DNA from: Eledone cirrhosa
Lineage: Eukaryota
Assembly: GCA_964016885.1 (NCBI GenBank)
Contig: OZ024750.1
Location: forward strand, 20,956,001 to 21,020,000
Direction of reading: 5' to 3'
Length of the DNA stretch: 64,000 nt
How positions within the stretch are numbered: the first letter of the stretch is position 1; every line of letters starts with the position of its first letter. Shown in pieces: positions 45,996 through 60,722 of this stretch. Made by a program: the position numbers and the translations under genes. The notes under the pieces are model-generated. The model was not told the DNA's origin, did no database searches, and was given only the letters and a program-made list of their open reading frames with translations.

Positions 45996-47039
45996 ATGTA
46001 CGATAGAAAGAAAATAAGAAAGAAATCCGTGAAGCCATGGCTTAGTGGACTAATGACGTCGTCCAAGAGGTGCGTCATTTAAATGTAATAATCAGTATGG
46101 TAACTACTGACAAGGACTTTCATAGCTCCCATAACGTAACTGAAATATGTTTCTCCTTTGAATTTGTGGTAACTACGAAAAGGATACTAGGCTCGCTATA
46201 TAACTTAATTTAGTTTGACATACCCAGGCAAAACTCTATACCCATTTCAGTTTCCGCTTATTCGGGAGTTACGTGTAAATGTGATATTATCTATCCATTA
46301 ATTTTTGCATAATGAACTTTAGTTACAGTCTTCAGGCATTGATTTCATTAATTGAAGGTAATTACGACTAATTAATAATATATCTGTTTCGTAAACATAC
46401 ACCTCATAGACTAATGTAATTATTTGTTATGGGTGACGTATGACAAGTTAAATCATTAAGTTCTCAACAATCGTCCATTATCTACCATACAATTTAACAG
46501 CGTTATCTAAATGTACCAATGAGACGCATACTAGAAAATTATATCACATAATACGTACCTATAAATAATTTCGTATTAAAGTAGTGCATAAATCTGCATT
46601 CAAACTTAATTGTATGTTTGATGTGAAGGCGCGTAGCCAAGTGGATACGACGTTTCATTACCATTAAATCACATGAGATAGCCTCTCTGAGACGCCATTT
46701 CGTTGAAAGCCAGTTAGACCTGCATAGATGTCAGTTGTATTTCCTTTCATCTTTTGTTATGGGCTTCATATTTTTACATGTTGAAATGGCAGAATCCTTA
46801 AATCCTCCAACTGAATCTCGCGGTAGTTGTACATGTTATTTGTGTCGAAATCAAATTTCCCTACACTATTAAAGTGGGGGATAAAATACCAGTACACATG
46901 CGAGAGAATTAATGGAATAGGGATCTGATCCGGCTCTCTGTATTCTGAGTTTAACTCCCTACTTCTTCCTCCACAAATTACGATTGATTGATAGTGTCAG
47001 CAATTGAATGGCCAATGGAATCATTGCTTCTCTGGCGAG

Positions 47040-47176
47040 ATCTTATGACCAGATAATTTCTTTTCCGAGTAATATGAAACGAGAGATGAGGCACGGGAGA
47101 GACATGGTAGATATGAAATTTAAAAGAAAAACGTCTATAGGGAAATGAACCAGGCAACGACGGGCTATTCTACTAG
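47040..47176 (+). mobile_element. Possible Helitron 3' end
   Basis: CCAGGCAACGACGGG imperfect hairpin followed by CTAG|T; 5' boundary uncertain. Confidence 0.45.
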
Positions 47177-48005
47177 TAATGTATAATTTATAAAGATACA
47201 TATAAAACACATATATATATACAGTTAATAGAAAAAGAACACAAAATTAAACACGACTCCGCTCTCTGTTTGCCGTGTTTAAGTTTGAGTTCATTAACTG
47301 TGAAGCAATATAGACAAGCTTTAAAACTAACTGTGTATGTGTGTGTGTGTGTTTTCGAGTGTGTGTAATTAAAATAGTTAATGAAGAGTAATTATTTCCT
47401 GATAAGAATGAAATTCACATACATTGACATACACAGGCACACATGAGACCTATAAATATGCTGCAATAAAACCGGAGCAATGGACTTGTGTTAGCAATAA
47501 CTAAACGGAGTCATTCATTGAAGTAAGCCAGACAGATGACACATAAAGAGCATATATACGTAGCATATCCTTTTATTGCTTCATTTGTGATATATTCCAG
47601 ACTCTAACAACTCCCAAAAGAACGACTTACACTGGAATAATATTTGAGATGAAGTCAATAAGATGATACAAAGTAATCAAACATCATGTATATATTCTAT
47701 TTCATTGAATACCATAGCGCCATTAATTATATGTAGAAACCTTGCATGTGTGTGTCAGAGAGAGAGAAAGGGAGTGAGGTAGAGTGCTGTAGCCTTACTT
47801 TTATGAACCTACTGAGCAGACAGTCTACATATGTTAATGAACTGCAGAAAGGTATGCTGTACAGTTTGCCCTACGTACCTATTTTACACACACACGCGCG
47901 CACAAACACACACACTCACACACACACACACACGCATATATATATATATATGTGTGTGTGTGAGTGTGTATATATATAAATATATATATACACTATATAT
48001 ACATA

Positions 48006-48138
<133 letters not shown>

Positions 48139-48265
48139 TATATATATATATATATATACACTATATATATATACATATATATATACATATATATATATAT
48201 ACATATATATATATAGATAGATAGATAAATATACACGGGTGTGTATGATTGTGTATAGAAGATTA

Positions 48266-48409
48266 TATTAATAAGAGGAATTCCAACTTTGTCTGATTTA
48301 CTCGTTTTATTTAATATTCTAGCATACTATTTTATTATAATACCATTATAAATTTTAAAGGATTGTAAATAAAACGAGTAAATCAAAGTTGGAATTCCTC
48401 TTATTAATA
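48266..48409. mobile_element. MITE-like element with ~45 bp terminal inverted repeats
   Basis: TATTAATAAGAGGAATTCCAACTTTG...ATTTACTCGTTTTATTTA mirrored at 48366-48409. Confidence 0.6.
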
Positions 48410-48410
48410 C

Positions 48411-48446
<36 letters not shown>

Positions 48447-48462
48447 GTGCGTGTGTGTGTGA

Positions 48463-48499
<37 letters not shown>

Positions 48500-48512
48500 A
48501 TGTATGTATATA

Positions 48513-48583
<71 letters not shown>

Positions 48584-48602
48584 ATATAAAATATATATAT
48601 AC

Positions 48603-48681
<79 letters not shown>

Positions 48682-48697
48682 TGTGTGTGTGAGTGTG

Positions 48698-48729
<32 letters not shown>

Positions 48730-48736
48730 ATGTATG

Positions 48737-48808
<72 letters not shown>

Positions 48809-48860
48809 AATATACATATATATATATACATATATATACATATATATACATACATATATA

Positions 48861-49755
48861 CGAGGTGGGCCAGAACAGTTCCAGGACTGATGTCACCAAA
48901 GATTTATTTCAAACCCAAACTTCCCACTAAGAGTTATCCACTTCAAAGTAATCCCCCTGGAGTCTAATGCACTTTTCCATCCTTTTCTGCCACGATTCCA
49001 TGCACTCCTGGAAGGATTCCTCCCGGATCCTCCGGAGTTCCGTCGTCACGGCATTTTTGATGTCGTCCACGTCTTTAAAACGGGTCCCCTCCGGGTCGTA
49101 CTCGAAGATTCATGATTCATTACCAATGATGACTGTCCCTAGCAAGTCTGGGTCGGTTTCAAGACGCTCGAGGATGTCCTGGCACACTTTCATGCGTCGA
49201 ACCTTCTGGTCATCGTTCAGCAGTTTTGGCACCATCTTCGCGCAGACTTTCCGCATGTCCAAATTTCAGTGAGAATCTTCCAGATGCTGTCCCGATTCAT
49301 GCCCAGCTCATTTGCCATCAGTCGAACAGTGAGCCGACGATCGCTGCGCACCATCTGCCTGACGCGCTCAACATTGATCTCAGTCCTGGTAGTTGAGGGC
49401 CTTCTGCTCCTGGGGTCATCTTCCACGTCCTTGCGTCCTTCTTTAAACCTCTTGCACCACTCAAAAACACGTGAGCGTAACATCGTCTCATCTCCATACA
49501 CTTACTGCAGCAATCTCAGTGCCTCTGGCGGAGTTTTCAAGTTTGTTCGTTGCTCTGTGCTCATTGCTTGACGACCTGAAACGGGGGATATTTATATAAA
49601 ATTATGAAGAAAAAAGTTTGATCGCTGCAGAAAGCTACGATTACAGTTACATACTCCAGGGGGATTACATTGAAGGAGAAAACTCTCAGTGTGTCGTTTT
49701 GGTTTGAAATAAATCTTTTGTGACATCAGTCTTGGAACTTTTCTGATACACCTCG
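48861..49755 (-). mobile_element. Mariner (Tc1/mariner) transposon, internally deleted
   Basis: ~100 bp imperfect TIRs (CGAGGTG..CAGAA.AGTTCCA.GACTGATGTCAC), TA at both ends; transposase HTH remnant YGDETMLRSRVFEWCKRFKEGRKDVEDDPRS.RPST at 49217-49501. Confidence 0.95.
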
Positions 49756-49761
49756 TATATA

Positions 49762-50022
<261 letters not shown>

Positions 50023-50028
<6 letters not shown>

Positions 50029-50167
50029 ATACTTTGGGAGGGTCATGTTGCCAATAAGAAACACACGCACCAGTGTTTCACTTCAATTTATTATAATAAA
50101 TTTATAAATTTAGGAATCTATAAATTTCCGGTTGGTTGGTTGGTTCCACAACCAGATGGTTGTTTAT
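50023..50167 (-). mobile_element. Family C 3' fragment
   Basis: Reverse complement aligns to 11308-11465; TA flanks. Confidence 0.8.
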
Positions 50168-50339
50168 ATATATATATATAATGCGACATTAAGTAACGCA
50201 GAAGATAAATCAATATGTCTGTTCATTGCTATAAATGAATGCAATTACAAATGCATTTGTTTGTCTTCTCTCTCTCTATATATATATATATATAACTGCA
50301 TGTTGAATATGTTTGGTGTGTGTGTGTGGGGGGGGGGGG

Positions 50340-50378
<39 letters not shown>

Positions 50379-51727
50379 GACGACATTTGATTAATATTTT
50401 GGCGTAATAAATTAAGGAACGCAAATATAAATTACTTTCATTAGTTTGAACAACTAAATTGGTATTTCATTATATTCTAGTGTTATTGTACACGATAGTC
50501 TTGCTTATTATTTTAGTTTTGAGAACAATTGGTAGATAATGTAGAAACCGTATGTGTGTGACACTTTTACCAACCAGATTTGACACGTTTACCAACGTAA
50601 GATGGTCGAATGTTTAAGTGGGATCTGTTTCAACTATTTGACACCCAATTTCGAAGCTAATACTTAAGATCTATTACACGTGTCATATATATTGATTTGG
50701 ATCAGTCCAAACCTATTCAGTGACACCGGCTAGACGTCAACAATTTTTAAGCTCGGAGAGGCGGTGGTTGTACTGAGCCATGCTTCACATTTACGTCAGC
50801 TGTACAAGAATCTGTGGAATAAGCAGCCACTTTAAAGTGATGAGTTGTCTGTTCCACTAGAACATTCGTTGTGGCATCAGACAGAGATTCGTTTCACTTC
50901 ACCTAGCTTTATGTAACTTCGCTTTTAGCACTGATCTAGGATTTACAGCTCAAATTTACACAGTTCCAGTTGTCCTTATACGATCTAACATTTCATATGA
51001 GTCGTCAAAATAGTTTCAATGATAGAGTCCGCAATCATATCATGAAACCCAATGCACCATGTATCATCATATATATATATATAAATTTCGTTTAATTTTT
51101 TCCTTTTATATATATATATATATATGTGAGTGTGTGTGTGTGTATGTGTGTGTGCCTGTGTGTGTGCGTGTATGTGTGTATACACATATGTATATGTATA
51201 TCACAAACACCTGTATACATATGCATATACACTGATATATATGAAGCTTGACACATATACACTTGAACACATTTAGATTCACGTCAGAATTATATATTGA
51301 TATTTCATATATACCATGCTTACAAGATTTGTTTTATACTTCAATCTCCTTCTATAAAATATCGTTTATTTTTTCCTTTCAATTTTTCAGACTATATCTG
51401 ACGATCATTTTACTTCTTTCACTGCCAGCACACCATTTTCCTATAAGTATTCCATCCACATACCCTCACCTTTCCCTCACATCGTATACTCCATTAGAAT
51501 TTTGTGACAAATTGAAGTGCATTTATAATCCTCTGTTACGTAATTGTAGCGTTGTCGTCCATTACGTTTACTCAAGAATCCTAAAGTTTGAATCCTGAAC
51601 GTCAATGAATTGTTGGAATCCACGCATATGCACACACGTATATGTATAAACAAAGAGATGGGAGAGAGTATGATAATATTTATAAATATATATATGTATA
51701 CTTTGAAGAGCATTAATATATGATATT

Positions 51728-51915
51728 AGGGTGGTGGATTGGCAGTATCGGTAGAGGGCCGGACGCCATGCTTTCCAGCATAGTTACGTCCCTTTACGAT
51801 CTGAGTTCAAATCCCGCCGTGGTTGACTTTGCCTTTCATCCTTACGGGGTCGATAAAATAAAGTACCAGTAATGCACTGGGTAATTGCTGGCCTTGTGCC
51901 TAAAGTAGAAACAAT
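51728..51915 (+). mobile_element. tRNA/Nin-domain SINE, full length, with probable target-site duplication
   Basis: Consensus match; ATTAATATATGATATT occurs on both flanks. Confidence 0.93.
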
Positions 51916-53482
51916 TAATATATGATATTTTTCCCAAGGCAGTATTTAGCGTCTCGCCTCTTTCTTAATAAAAATAACATAACCAAAATAAATTAAAATC
52001 AAATCTTGACAGTATATTTTATAATCTTCGTCACCTCGACGAATTTTCACGTTGAAAATATCTATTTTTACATTATTTTCAATACATGTTCTTGCTGCTG
52101 TGATTTGTATTTCCATTCTTCGTATTTTACCGTTTAGGGTTTTATATGTTTATGTTGTTCTCTTTTATTTCTATTTCCATATTTTCTTTTCTTTATATTC
52201 CCTATTTTCTCTACCTTTCGTGTTATTTATTTCCCTGTTACTTTATTTTTTCATAGTATTATTTTCATTCGTCTCTTCTATTATTCCCTCTACTCTCATT
52301 TTCTAACGACTGCGTTTTCTTTTTGTGTTTCTCTTTTCTTCTTTATCTTTATCATCTTCATCTTCGGCACCTTCTATTTTCTAACTTTCCTGCTTATTTA
52401 TCTTCGTCATCGCAATCTTATTCCCCATTATTATTATTTTCCGTTTTTAATATTTTGCAACCATTAATATTGATACGGGAATATCATATGTGAATACATT
52501 TGAAATTTCACTCGGAATACTTTGAAACCTTATTTGTTTTCCGCACTCAGAACAGTCATACTCGGACTTCTTTTTACAATTGTTAACCAGCCAACAATTT
52601 ACACAATTATTCTAATATACATAATTATTTACGTTGTTCCTAATGTATAAAGCCTGCTTCTTAAGAGGAATCGAATACCCGTATGATACGCATTCAAATA
52701 TATTGCGTATGAATGTGGAAAAAGAATGACTCATACAATAAAAAAAATCGTCTTCATGATAGCATTCAGTTCAGGTCTTGTTCTGATTCTATGGATGCTC
52801 AATTCCTAATGGTATAGTAGTCGTCCGTGGTGCCATGCATTTGTCTGGGGAATTTTAAACATGGTGGATCTCATCTCTCATGGATTCTAAACACAGCCAA
52901 TTTAATCAAGAGAAAACATTAAGATAAAGTGTGAGAGACAGACAATGAGTTTTCCCTCACTATTGGACTTTTACTACACTTATCGATCTTGAAAGAAGGA
53001 TAGGAAACTTTGATTTCGGTTGGATTTGAAATCGTAGTGCAGAAAATTAAAAATATCTTAACTGGCATTTGAACGAGTCAATGGCATGCTTATATAGATG
53101 AAATAAATCCATTGAATATGTCAGTAACCTGACGTTGTATTCAAGTAGCTGGTAGTCTTGTGCACTGCATAGGGGTTTCGAGCATCTAACAACTAACGTT
53201 ACTATAATGAGCCCAACATTATGACCCGTGTTGTTATGTTGTGTTCTATAGCATATTTTTCTTTTATTTCACGTTACTAGTGAATGCGCGTGATCCAGTA
53301 GTTAAAGTGTAGCATTTCAAGTTAATTATAATTTTTTAATATCAATTGTTGGTTATATTTTTACGCAAAAAACAAAATTAACTACTTAGTCATATTTATC
53401 ATTGAATGTCAACATTACAAAAATCAGAATATGAAATAGATAACCTGACAATATTAGCCTGACAATATTATAACAGAATGTA

Positions 53483-53660
53483 GGGCGATGGATTGGCAGT
53501 ATCTGTAGAGGGTCGGACACCATGCTTTGATGCATAGAGTTACGGCCCTTGCCATTCTGGTTTCAAATCCTCCCGATGTTGACTTTGCCTTTCATCCTTA
53601 CGGGGTCGATAAAATAAAGTACCAGTAATGTACTGGCCTTGTGCCAGAAGTAGAAACAAA
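53483..53660 (+). mobile_element. tRNA/Nin-domain SINE
   Basis: Consensus match; CAA(A)TATTATAACA on both flanks. Confidence 0.9.
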
Positions 53661-55825
53661 TATTATAACATAATGTATTATTTAGATGTACTATTATATA
53701 AAGATTATAATAGTTAAATCATAATTGCAATTATCATTACCTTTACAAACATTATTGAGGTAAACATTTTAAAAATTTGACAGTTTGCAAAAATCCTGTA
53801 TATGTCAATTTCCGGAAGATTATAACAAGAATGATAATATTCTGTAGTCTGCCAAAAAATGTAGGCGAATGGAAGGGAAAATCTCATTAATATTTTGATT
53901 ATATGAAATCAATATTATTCATGGATGTAAGGAAAGATACACCGACTTTGACCTGTGAGGTCTAAGTAATTATAGAGAAGTAATAAGCGTTTAGTTGAAG
54001 TTTACTTTTAACTGAAACCTATGTATGGGCGTAAAGTCGGAAAGAAGCCAGTAATTGAGGATACTGGACAGAAAAATCAATATAGTTATCTTATTGGGCA
54101 GATGGAAGGCTTTAATGGTGATCAGGCTATACCGGATATATGGGGCGAAGGAAAGGTGAAAAAGGACAATCTGGAGAAGAGAGGTGGAAAAGAAATGAAA
54201 TATTTACAGAGAGAGAGGGGGTAAAGAAGAGATAAACAGAGAGATATTTTGACTGATAACTTTCTGTGAAACTATATTGAACCTATCATCTCTCAGCGAT
54301 GGGGAAATCAAACAATATTCATTTTCTCAAGTGATCCAATATCTGCTGTGTTCGTAATAACTTTACTTTCGTTTTACCGGCGGAAACATCAACATTTGAA
54401 CTTTCACTGGCAAAGACTAAAGGGTTATCTCCAAAACCTAACGGGTATATGGATATTTGCCAATACGTCCATACGTTCATACGATGGACAAATCTTCCAT
54501 ATGAATTATTTCAAACAGTAATACCTTCTTAGGATTTCGATAATAACATTTCGTTTTAACATTTCTCACATGACATGTCTCTTTTCCCATTTCTAACGAA
54601 GCTCGGATTAAAGTTTAACGTAGTCGTATAACAAGTAAAAGGTGGTATGGACAATGTTGTAATTAATATATACTGACAAATAATTTGAAACTGAGGAGAA
54701 ATCGAGGAAATCCGTTATTAATGTATCGCAAGAACCCTTGTAGATTTTAACGTAAATATGGGTCATGGTTTGCTTTTGTGGCATTTGCTTTGTTTCTATG
54801 TGCTTTCCTTTCAATCCCTCTCAGTAACAGATTCAACGATATTCCTCTTTACATGAAGATTGAAGACATAATTATCTTTCTCCGACAAACTATACTGCCG
54901 GGAGGGGGGGGGGGCAGTAATACGAAAAGACCGCTGCTGCAATAAAACAGCCGTAATAAGAACTCACATGAAACCGCTGAAAAACGATTATAACCACGGG
55001 TAGACGAAAGCCTTGAGGCACTACAAATGTGGAAAGCCTTATGAACACTTGAGGCACTGCAAATGTGTACAAACCTGTCAAGGTAAACTTTTTCCCCCGT
55101 GGAGGGAGGTGTTAAGCCTTCGCTTGGCTTAACAACAATTCTTGGTTCTTGATTGGATTTAGTAGATCTCAGTCTGTTGCAGACCCTCAGGCCAGGCTGC
55201 TGGTTTCAGGATAGTTTCGGCTGTCGTTCTTCTCTATTCTAGCTGAAAATCTCCAATTGCTAGAATTGACAGCCAGAGTATTTCACTTCATACCACTACA
55301 AAATTAATATGATAACGAACAGGTTGAATTATGTAGTAGTCATTATTTTACATATTCAAATAATCTGTCTCAAGCTGTGAAGGCTAGACTGGCTTTTATC
55401 AAATCTCTGCTTGATCGCAGTTGAATTGGTGCTAAACAACAACAGCAAAAACAACCACAACAACAACAACACAAAATAGTTGAAAGCAGATCAGTTATGG
55501 TTTGATGTACACTGCGAACATATGTCAATAGATACCAGATAACTGTTGAATGGCACTTCTTGGTTTGAATCCAAGAATTCTCCTTCCGATAAAATCTTAT
55601 GTAAATTTGTCAAGACAATCTACTTGTTAACAATGTTATCTTAACACATAACTATAATTGAAGCTCTTCTCTTTGAGGAAAATGTTTCAGTCTTTGAAAT
55701 TCTATGCCAACTTTTCGACGTAGTGTTATCTTAAATGTCTTTAAGAACAATCGTTGCAGACCCGAAAACATTAGTTGAAAGAACTAAGTTGTTTTCCAAA
55801 AACTTTCGACAAAACTTTAGCCTCC

Positions 55826-55898
<73 letters not shown>

Positions 55899-56034
55899 TC
55901 TCTCTAACTCTCTCTCTCTCTCTTTTCTCGCTCTCTCTCTCTCTATATATATATATATATTTATACATACACTCAAACACACACATTCACACGCAGACGC
56001 ACACACAGACACACACACATACATATAAATGTAC

Positions 56035-56104
<70 letters not shown>

Positions 56105-56228
56105 GGTATCTCTGTATCTGTATGGTACTTCAGTTGGATGAATCAAACAGTGAAATGTGAATTCTAACAATAAAACGTGTGGAGTGAGAAATGGAATGAG
56201 AGAAAGAGAATACAGAAATACAAACCCA

Positions 56229-56318
<90 letters not shown>

Positions 56319-56683
56319 AAGTGAGTCCTTCATCAGTGACCCTCCAACCGTCCTAGGCATTTCATCGCTTTAAGGGCCATATACCTCAGTTGGTGCGAAC
56401 AACGGCTAAAAAAAGTCGCTGGGACACGTAATTAAAGAGAACGTTAGGGTGAACAAACAAAATGGTTTAAGCAACAGAAAGTGAGGAGAAAGAGACAAGT
56501 CCCAGATTTCTATGAATATAACCTCGATAAAATCGTGAACGAGAGAATAAAGACCATCAAACCTTGTTGAAATGTGAGCAAGGAAGGAATTTCGCACAGG
56601 CCTAACGGGGGGAAGAAGAAGGGGTCTAGATGCGAATTCGGTAAATATAAGTTCTGTGAAGTCGCAGATGAGAGAGAGAGAGA

Positions 56684-56730
<47 letters not shown>

Positions 56731-56852
56731 AGTGGTATTGTGGAGATGTATGTGAGTCTATATTTTAATTTAAAATTGCTTTCGAAATTTGACAAACCTT
56801 AATATACTGTAGAAAGAATAATGAATAAATATCGAATATATTATTATGAAAA

Positions 56853-56912
<60 letters not shown>

Positions 56913-57173
56913 AAGTAGTAGTAGTGGCAAGAGTACCAGCAGCTGCATCGTTACTGAGCATCATGCCACATTGGAGTCAAATGTTATTTATTTTTAATTG
57001 TCAACTTACATCAGAAATAAACTGTAATATTTGATTACTTGACCTTGTCTCTAGTATTCTCTGCTTCGTTCTTTGATATGTACAAATAAATAAATATATT
57101 CATATATATGATATGTATAATATATATATATGTATGAATATATATAAATATATATGTATATATATATATATAT

Positions 57174-57376
57174 GTATACAAGTTTTAATATAGATGAGAT
57201 TCTAGAGGACTATAACTGTTTCATTCTTTAGAAATCATCAGGATTCCTGATGATTTCTAAAGAATGAAACAGTACTAGTCCTGTATAATCTCATCTATAT
57301 TAAAACTTGTATACTCTGCTATGTATTGAGGACCTTACTTACTGTGCTTACCTCCGATTCAACCCGGAATAACGTG
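57174..57376. mobile_element. Family B hammerhead element, fold-back copy
   Basis: Palindrome centred on 57244 (TCATCAGGA-T-TCCTGATGA), arms 57174-57243 / 57245-57314, with hammerhead cores back to back; in (TA)n. Confidence 0.85.
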
Positions 57377-57402
57377 TATATATATATATATATATATAAT
57401 AT

Positions 57403-57478
<76 letters not shown>

Positions 57479-58222
57479 GAAAGATTTGAATGGATACAGT
57501 TTAGTTGAAAGGAATTTATTGACACGTGTTTCTATAACAGTTACATAACCTAAAACAGCTATCTACAAACTTTTAGTTATGCAGACATTCAATATTTCAA
57601 TGTTATTATTTACTGTCATTTCATCAGAATAATATTACTGAGGACCTATTTAGTTTTTATAGAGAATATTAGGAGGGAGGGGTGAAGTTGTTAGAAGAAT
57701 AGTTGAAGGAGTGGTTTTTCGATAGCAGTGAGAATTCTTGGTGGCAGTGGGTAATTAGATTCCCATCTGTTGTTTTGACATTTTTTATGGAATATATTAT
57801 TGGTTATTTTTCTAAATCTATAGAAGGATTAGAGATAGTAAAGATATGCGTGGTTGGTTTTGTGTTTGCACTTAACATTCAGACTTAAATTTTTCTTTCA
57901 AGTGTACGTATTCTTTCACCCACGCATTCACACAAATATATTTGCACACCTCTACAAAATACATATACTCACAATTCACATATTCATACTTACATATATA
58001 TACACATGCATACACATATATATACACACATGTATTCATGTACATACATACGCGCTCATGTGTATACATTTTCATACTCAACTTATCTTTATATATACAC
58101 ACGTATAGACACACACATATATACATACATACTCTAGTCCATGTGTACACACATACGCATACATACACATCCACATACACATACATACATACACATATAT
58201 ATATATATATATATACATACAC

Positions 58223-58283
<61 letters not shown>

Positions 58284-58606
58284 CATATACCCACACACAC
58301 ACATATACACATACACACATATATATATATATATATAAGCACTTTAATACATGAATACACTTACATCTAACTATACACATCAAACATATATATATATTTA
58401 CTTATTTATATACATTTTCACATATATATACATACTTATGGACGTTTTTAGACACATTCATTATCGCATATTTGTACCTATTCTCATCAGCATATCTTTT
58501 CATTATTAGTATGGTAATTTAAGGTTATTAATATATGTTGAGAAGAGATTGTTTTTATATTTTTCTGACTAGATTAAGGTTTATATAGTTGGGGGATGTC
58601 CCTCTT

Positions 58607-60722
58607 TTATGTAATATTCGGCTTGTAGTGGGAAAAAAGGGTTTTAGTTCTGTGACGGCAGAATAATGTTCGTTCAATTCTGTTATTCAGCAGTTTCTTC
58701 TTGTGTGTGATTATGTAATAAATCTCAAGATTACACAATTTGCAGAAATTTTGGCTCCTGGAAAAGCTTTGGGTTTTAGCTAATTTCTCCCATTTTAGGG
58801 TAAACTTTTGATTGCTATCCCTGAGCGTCCAAGCTTTTTCTGCTAAAGTTGTTACATTTCTTTGGCTCTGGTGTTTTATTGAGTAAGAATGCCTATACAA
58901 TCGAGATTTAAACGATGTTGCCGTTGATCCCACGTAATACCACTCGTTGCCTCCGGATTTAATGGTACACTTATAAATAATATTTTTTTCCAGGCAGTTA
59001 TTGCCGAGGGGGCAGTTGTCAGGATAGGTGCAGTTACAGTTGTGTACGTTGGGTTTTCTCTGGAGTAGTATTGCGGACGAACTTAGGTGTGGTTTATTTA
59101 TGTTCTGTAGTGTATTGTCTACTGTTTTTTGGGGGTTCTTTGTACTTAAGTTCTTAGTGTTTTCGTTTAACCTTCTAGTATTGATCTTTTTTATGTGTTG
59201 TTCAAGGTTTAACGCTGTAGAGTATGACAGTCTTATAGTGGTAGGGTTTAGGATTTTGTGGTATTTGTGTGATGTGGGAAAATGTCTTTTAATTATTTTA
59301 AAGAAGAGTACTGGTAAATTTGTACTAATGGAGCTATTGTATTCGGGGTTATACCATAAGTACTCTTTGCATCGCTTTCTATTAGTTTTGTTTGTTGGTT
59401 TACTGGTGTGCATACTATGGTAGTAAGTGTGGTTTGGTGTTGTGTTATTATATCTACCTATGTGGGATTTATTTTGGGTGTTTTGATTGTTCCCATCTAT
59501 GTACTCTATTTTGTTGAGGTAGCCTGCTTTACTAAGGGCGTTATCGTAGTACTCGGCGTGTTCCTTAAATACTTGTATGTTAGAAGATAGACCCGAGATT
59601 CTAAGGGAAATATTTTTAGGGATAGATTTAATTATAGAGATGGGGTGGTTAGACCCAACATTTACGTATTTGAGATTTTCATTCAATTTATGAAACGGTT
59701 TAATCAAACCAGAGTTTAAATTGAGTGTGACATCCAGGAAGTTAACTACTTTAAGGTTGTATTCATATGTTATAGTTAGTCCTATTTCGAGTAGTAGTTT
59801 TCTTATATCTTTGCGTAGTTTTTCTAGTTTTTGGTTATTAAGGTTTTTAGCTAGGAGGAGAACATCGTCGCGGTATATTCCGCCGTGGAGATTGCTGAAT
59901 TTTTCCTGGAGTCTAAAGGCGATAAATAACCCCACAATATCAGTTATTTCCGCCGAATCGTTAGAGCCCATTCTTATGTCAAAGTTAGAGGGTCTATCTT
60001 TACGTACCCAATAACTGTTCTCAAATTTGACTATAGTTTTCCTAGCTTCTAATATAATCTTAATTTCATCGTTTGTAAGGTCAGAGTTATCCTTAGCAAA
60101 CTTAATGGCTCTATTCAAAGTTTCAGGTGATATCGATGAGTAATATTCATCGATATCAAACTGGATAAACTTAGATTTATTCTTATTGCTAATGCTATTA
60201 AACCATCTTATTGCTTCTTGGGTCTTCCCCCAGAGTTTAATGTTAACCTTAGCCTTAATTTGGGGGATGATTCTATCTAAGATATATTTGCTTATTTTAC
60301 CTATATCTGATTTAGAGGGGCAGATTAATCTTATTTTAGGGTCATTATCAAAGTTTACCTTGTGGTCCTTAAGATTGAAGGTGGGTACCGCCGGTAAGAG
60401 TGGTCCTGTCCTATCTTCGATTCCGAGATTTTTCACTATTTCGCATGCCTCATCATTGATGTGCTTAAGGGTTACTTCACTCGTTTTTCTATATTTTTTA
60501 TGTAATTCTTTTCGAATGAACTTGTTGTATGTAGTGCAATCCATAGTGTACAGGTTTGATGTTTTGTCCGCTTTTACTACAATTCCTTTGGTGTTTTTAA
60601 GGTCGTCCAGTAGTTTTTTTTATATCTTTCTGTAATTTGCTGTTGGTGTTGCGTCCTTTGAATTTAATTTTAAGGATTAAGTTCATAAGGTCCTGCTCAA
60701 ATGCATCTAATAGTGGGTTGGT
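58607..60722 (-). CDS. Penelope-like reverse transcriptase + C-terminal GIY-YIG endonuclease (Naiad-type); 645 aa open from Met at 60544, homology continues upstream to the inversion junction
   Basis: Motifs: KADKTSNLY, RLICPSKSDIG, FIQFDIDEYYSSI, FDIRMGSNDSAEI, GIYRDD (catalytic), VNFLDVTLNL, SNHP, WYNP, CNC-x4-CPLxxxC, IIYKC...YYVGSTATSFKSR..H (GIY-YIG), CKLC...E, LN...CRH. The upstream LLDAFEQDLMNLILKIKF segment is out of frame by one extra A in an A8 run at ~60614-60621. Confidence 0.93.

Noticed and set aside
54890-55140. Possible twister ribozyme or structured RNA in a GC-richer patch
   Set aside because: Only a small hairpin and a 20 bp duplication; conserved twister motifs not found.
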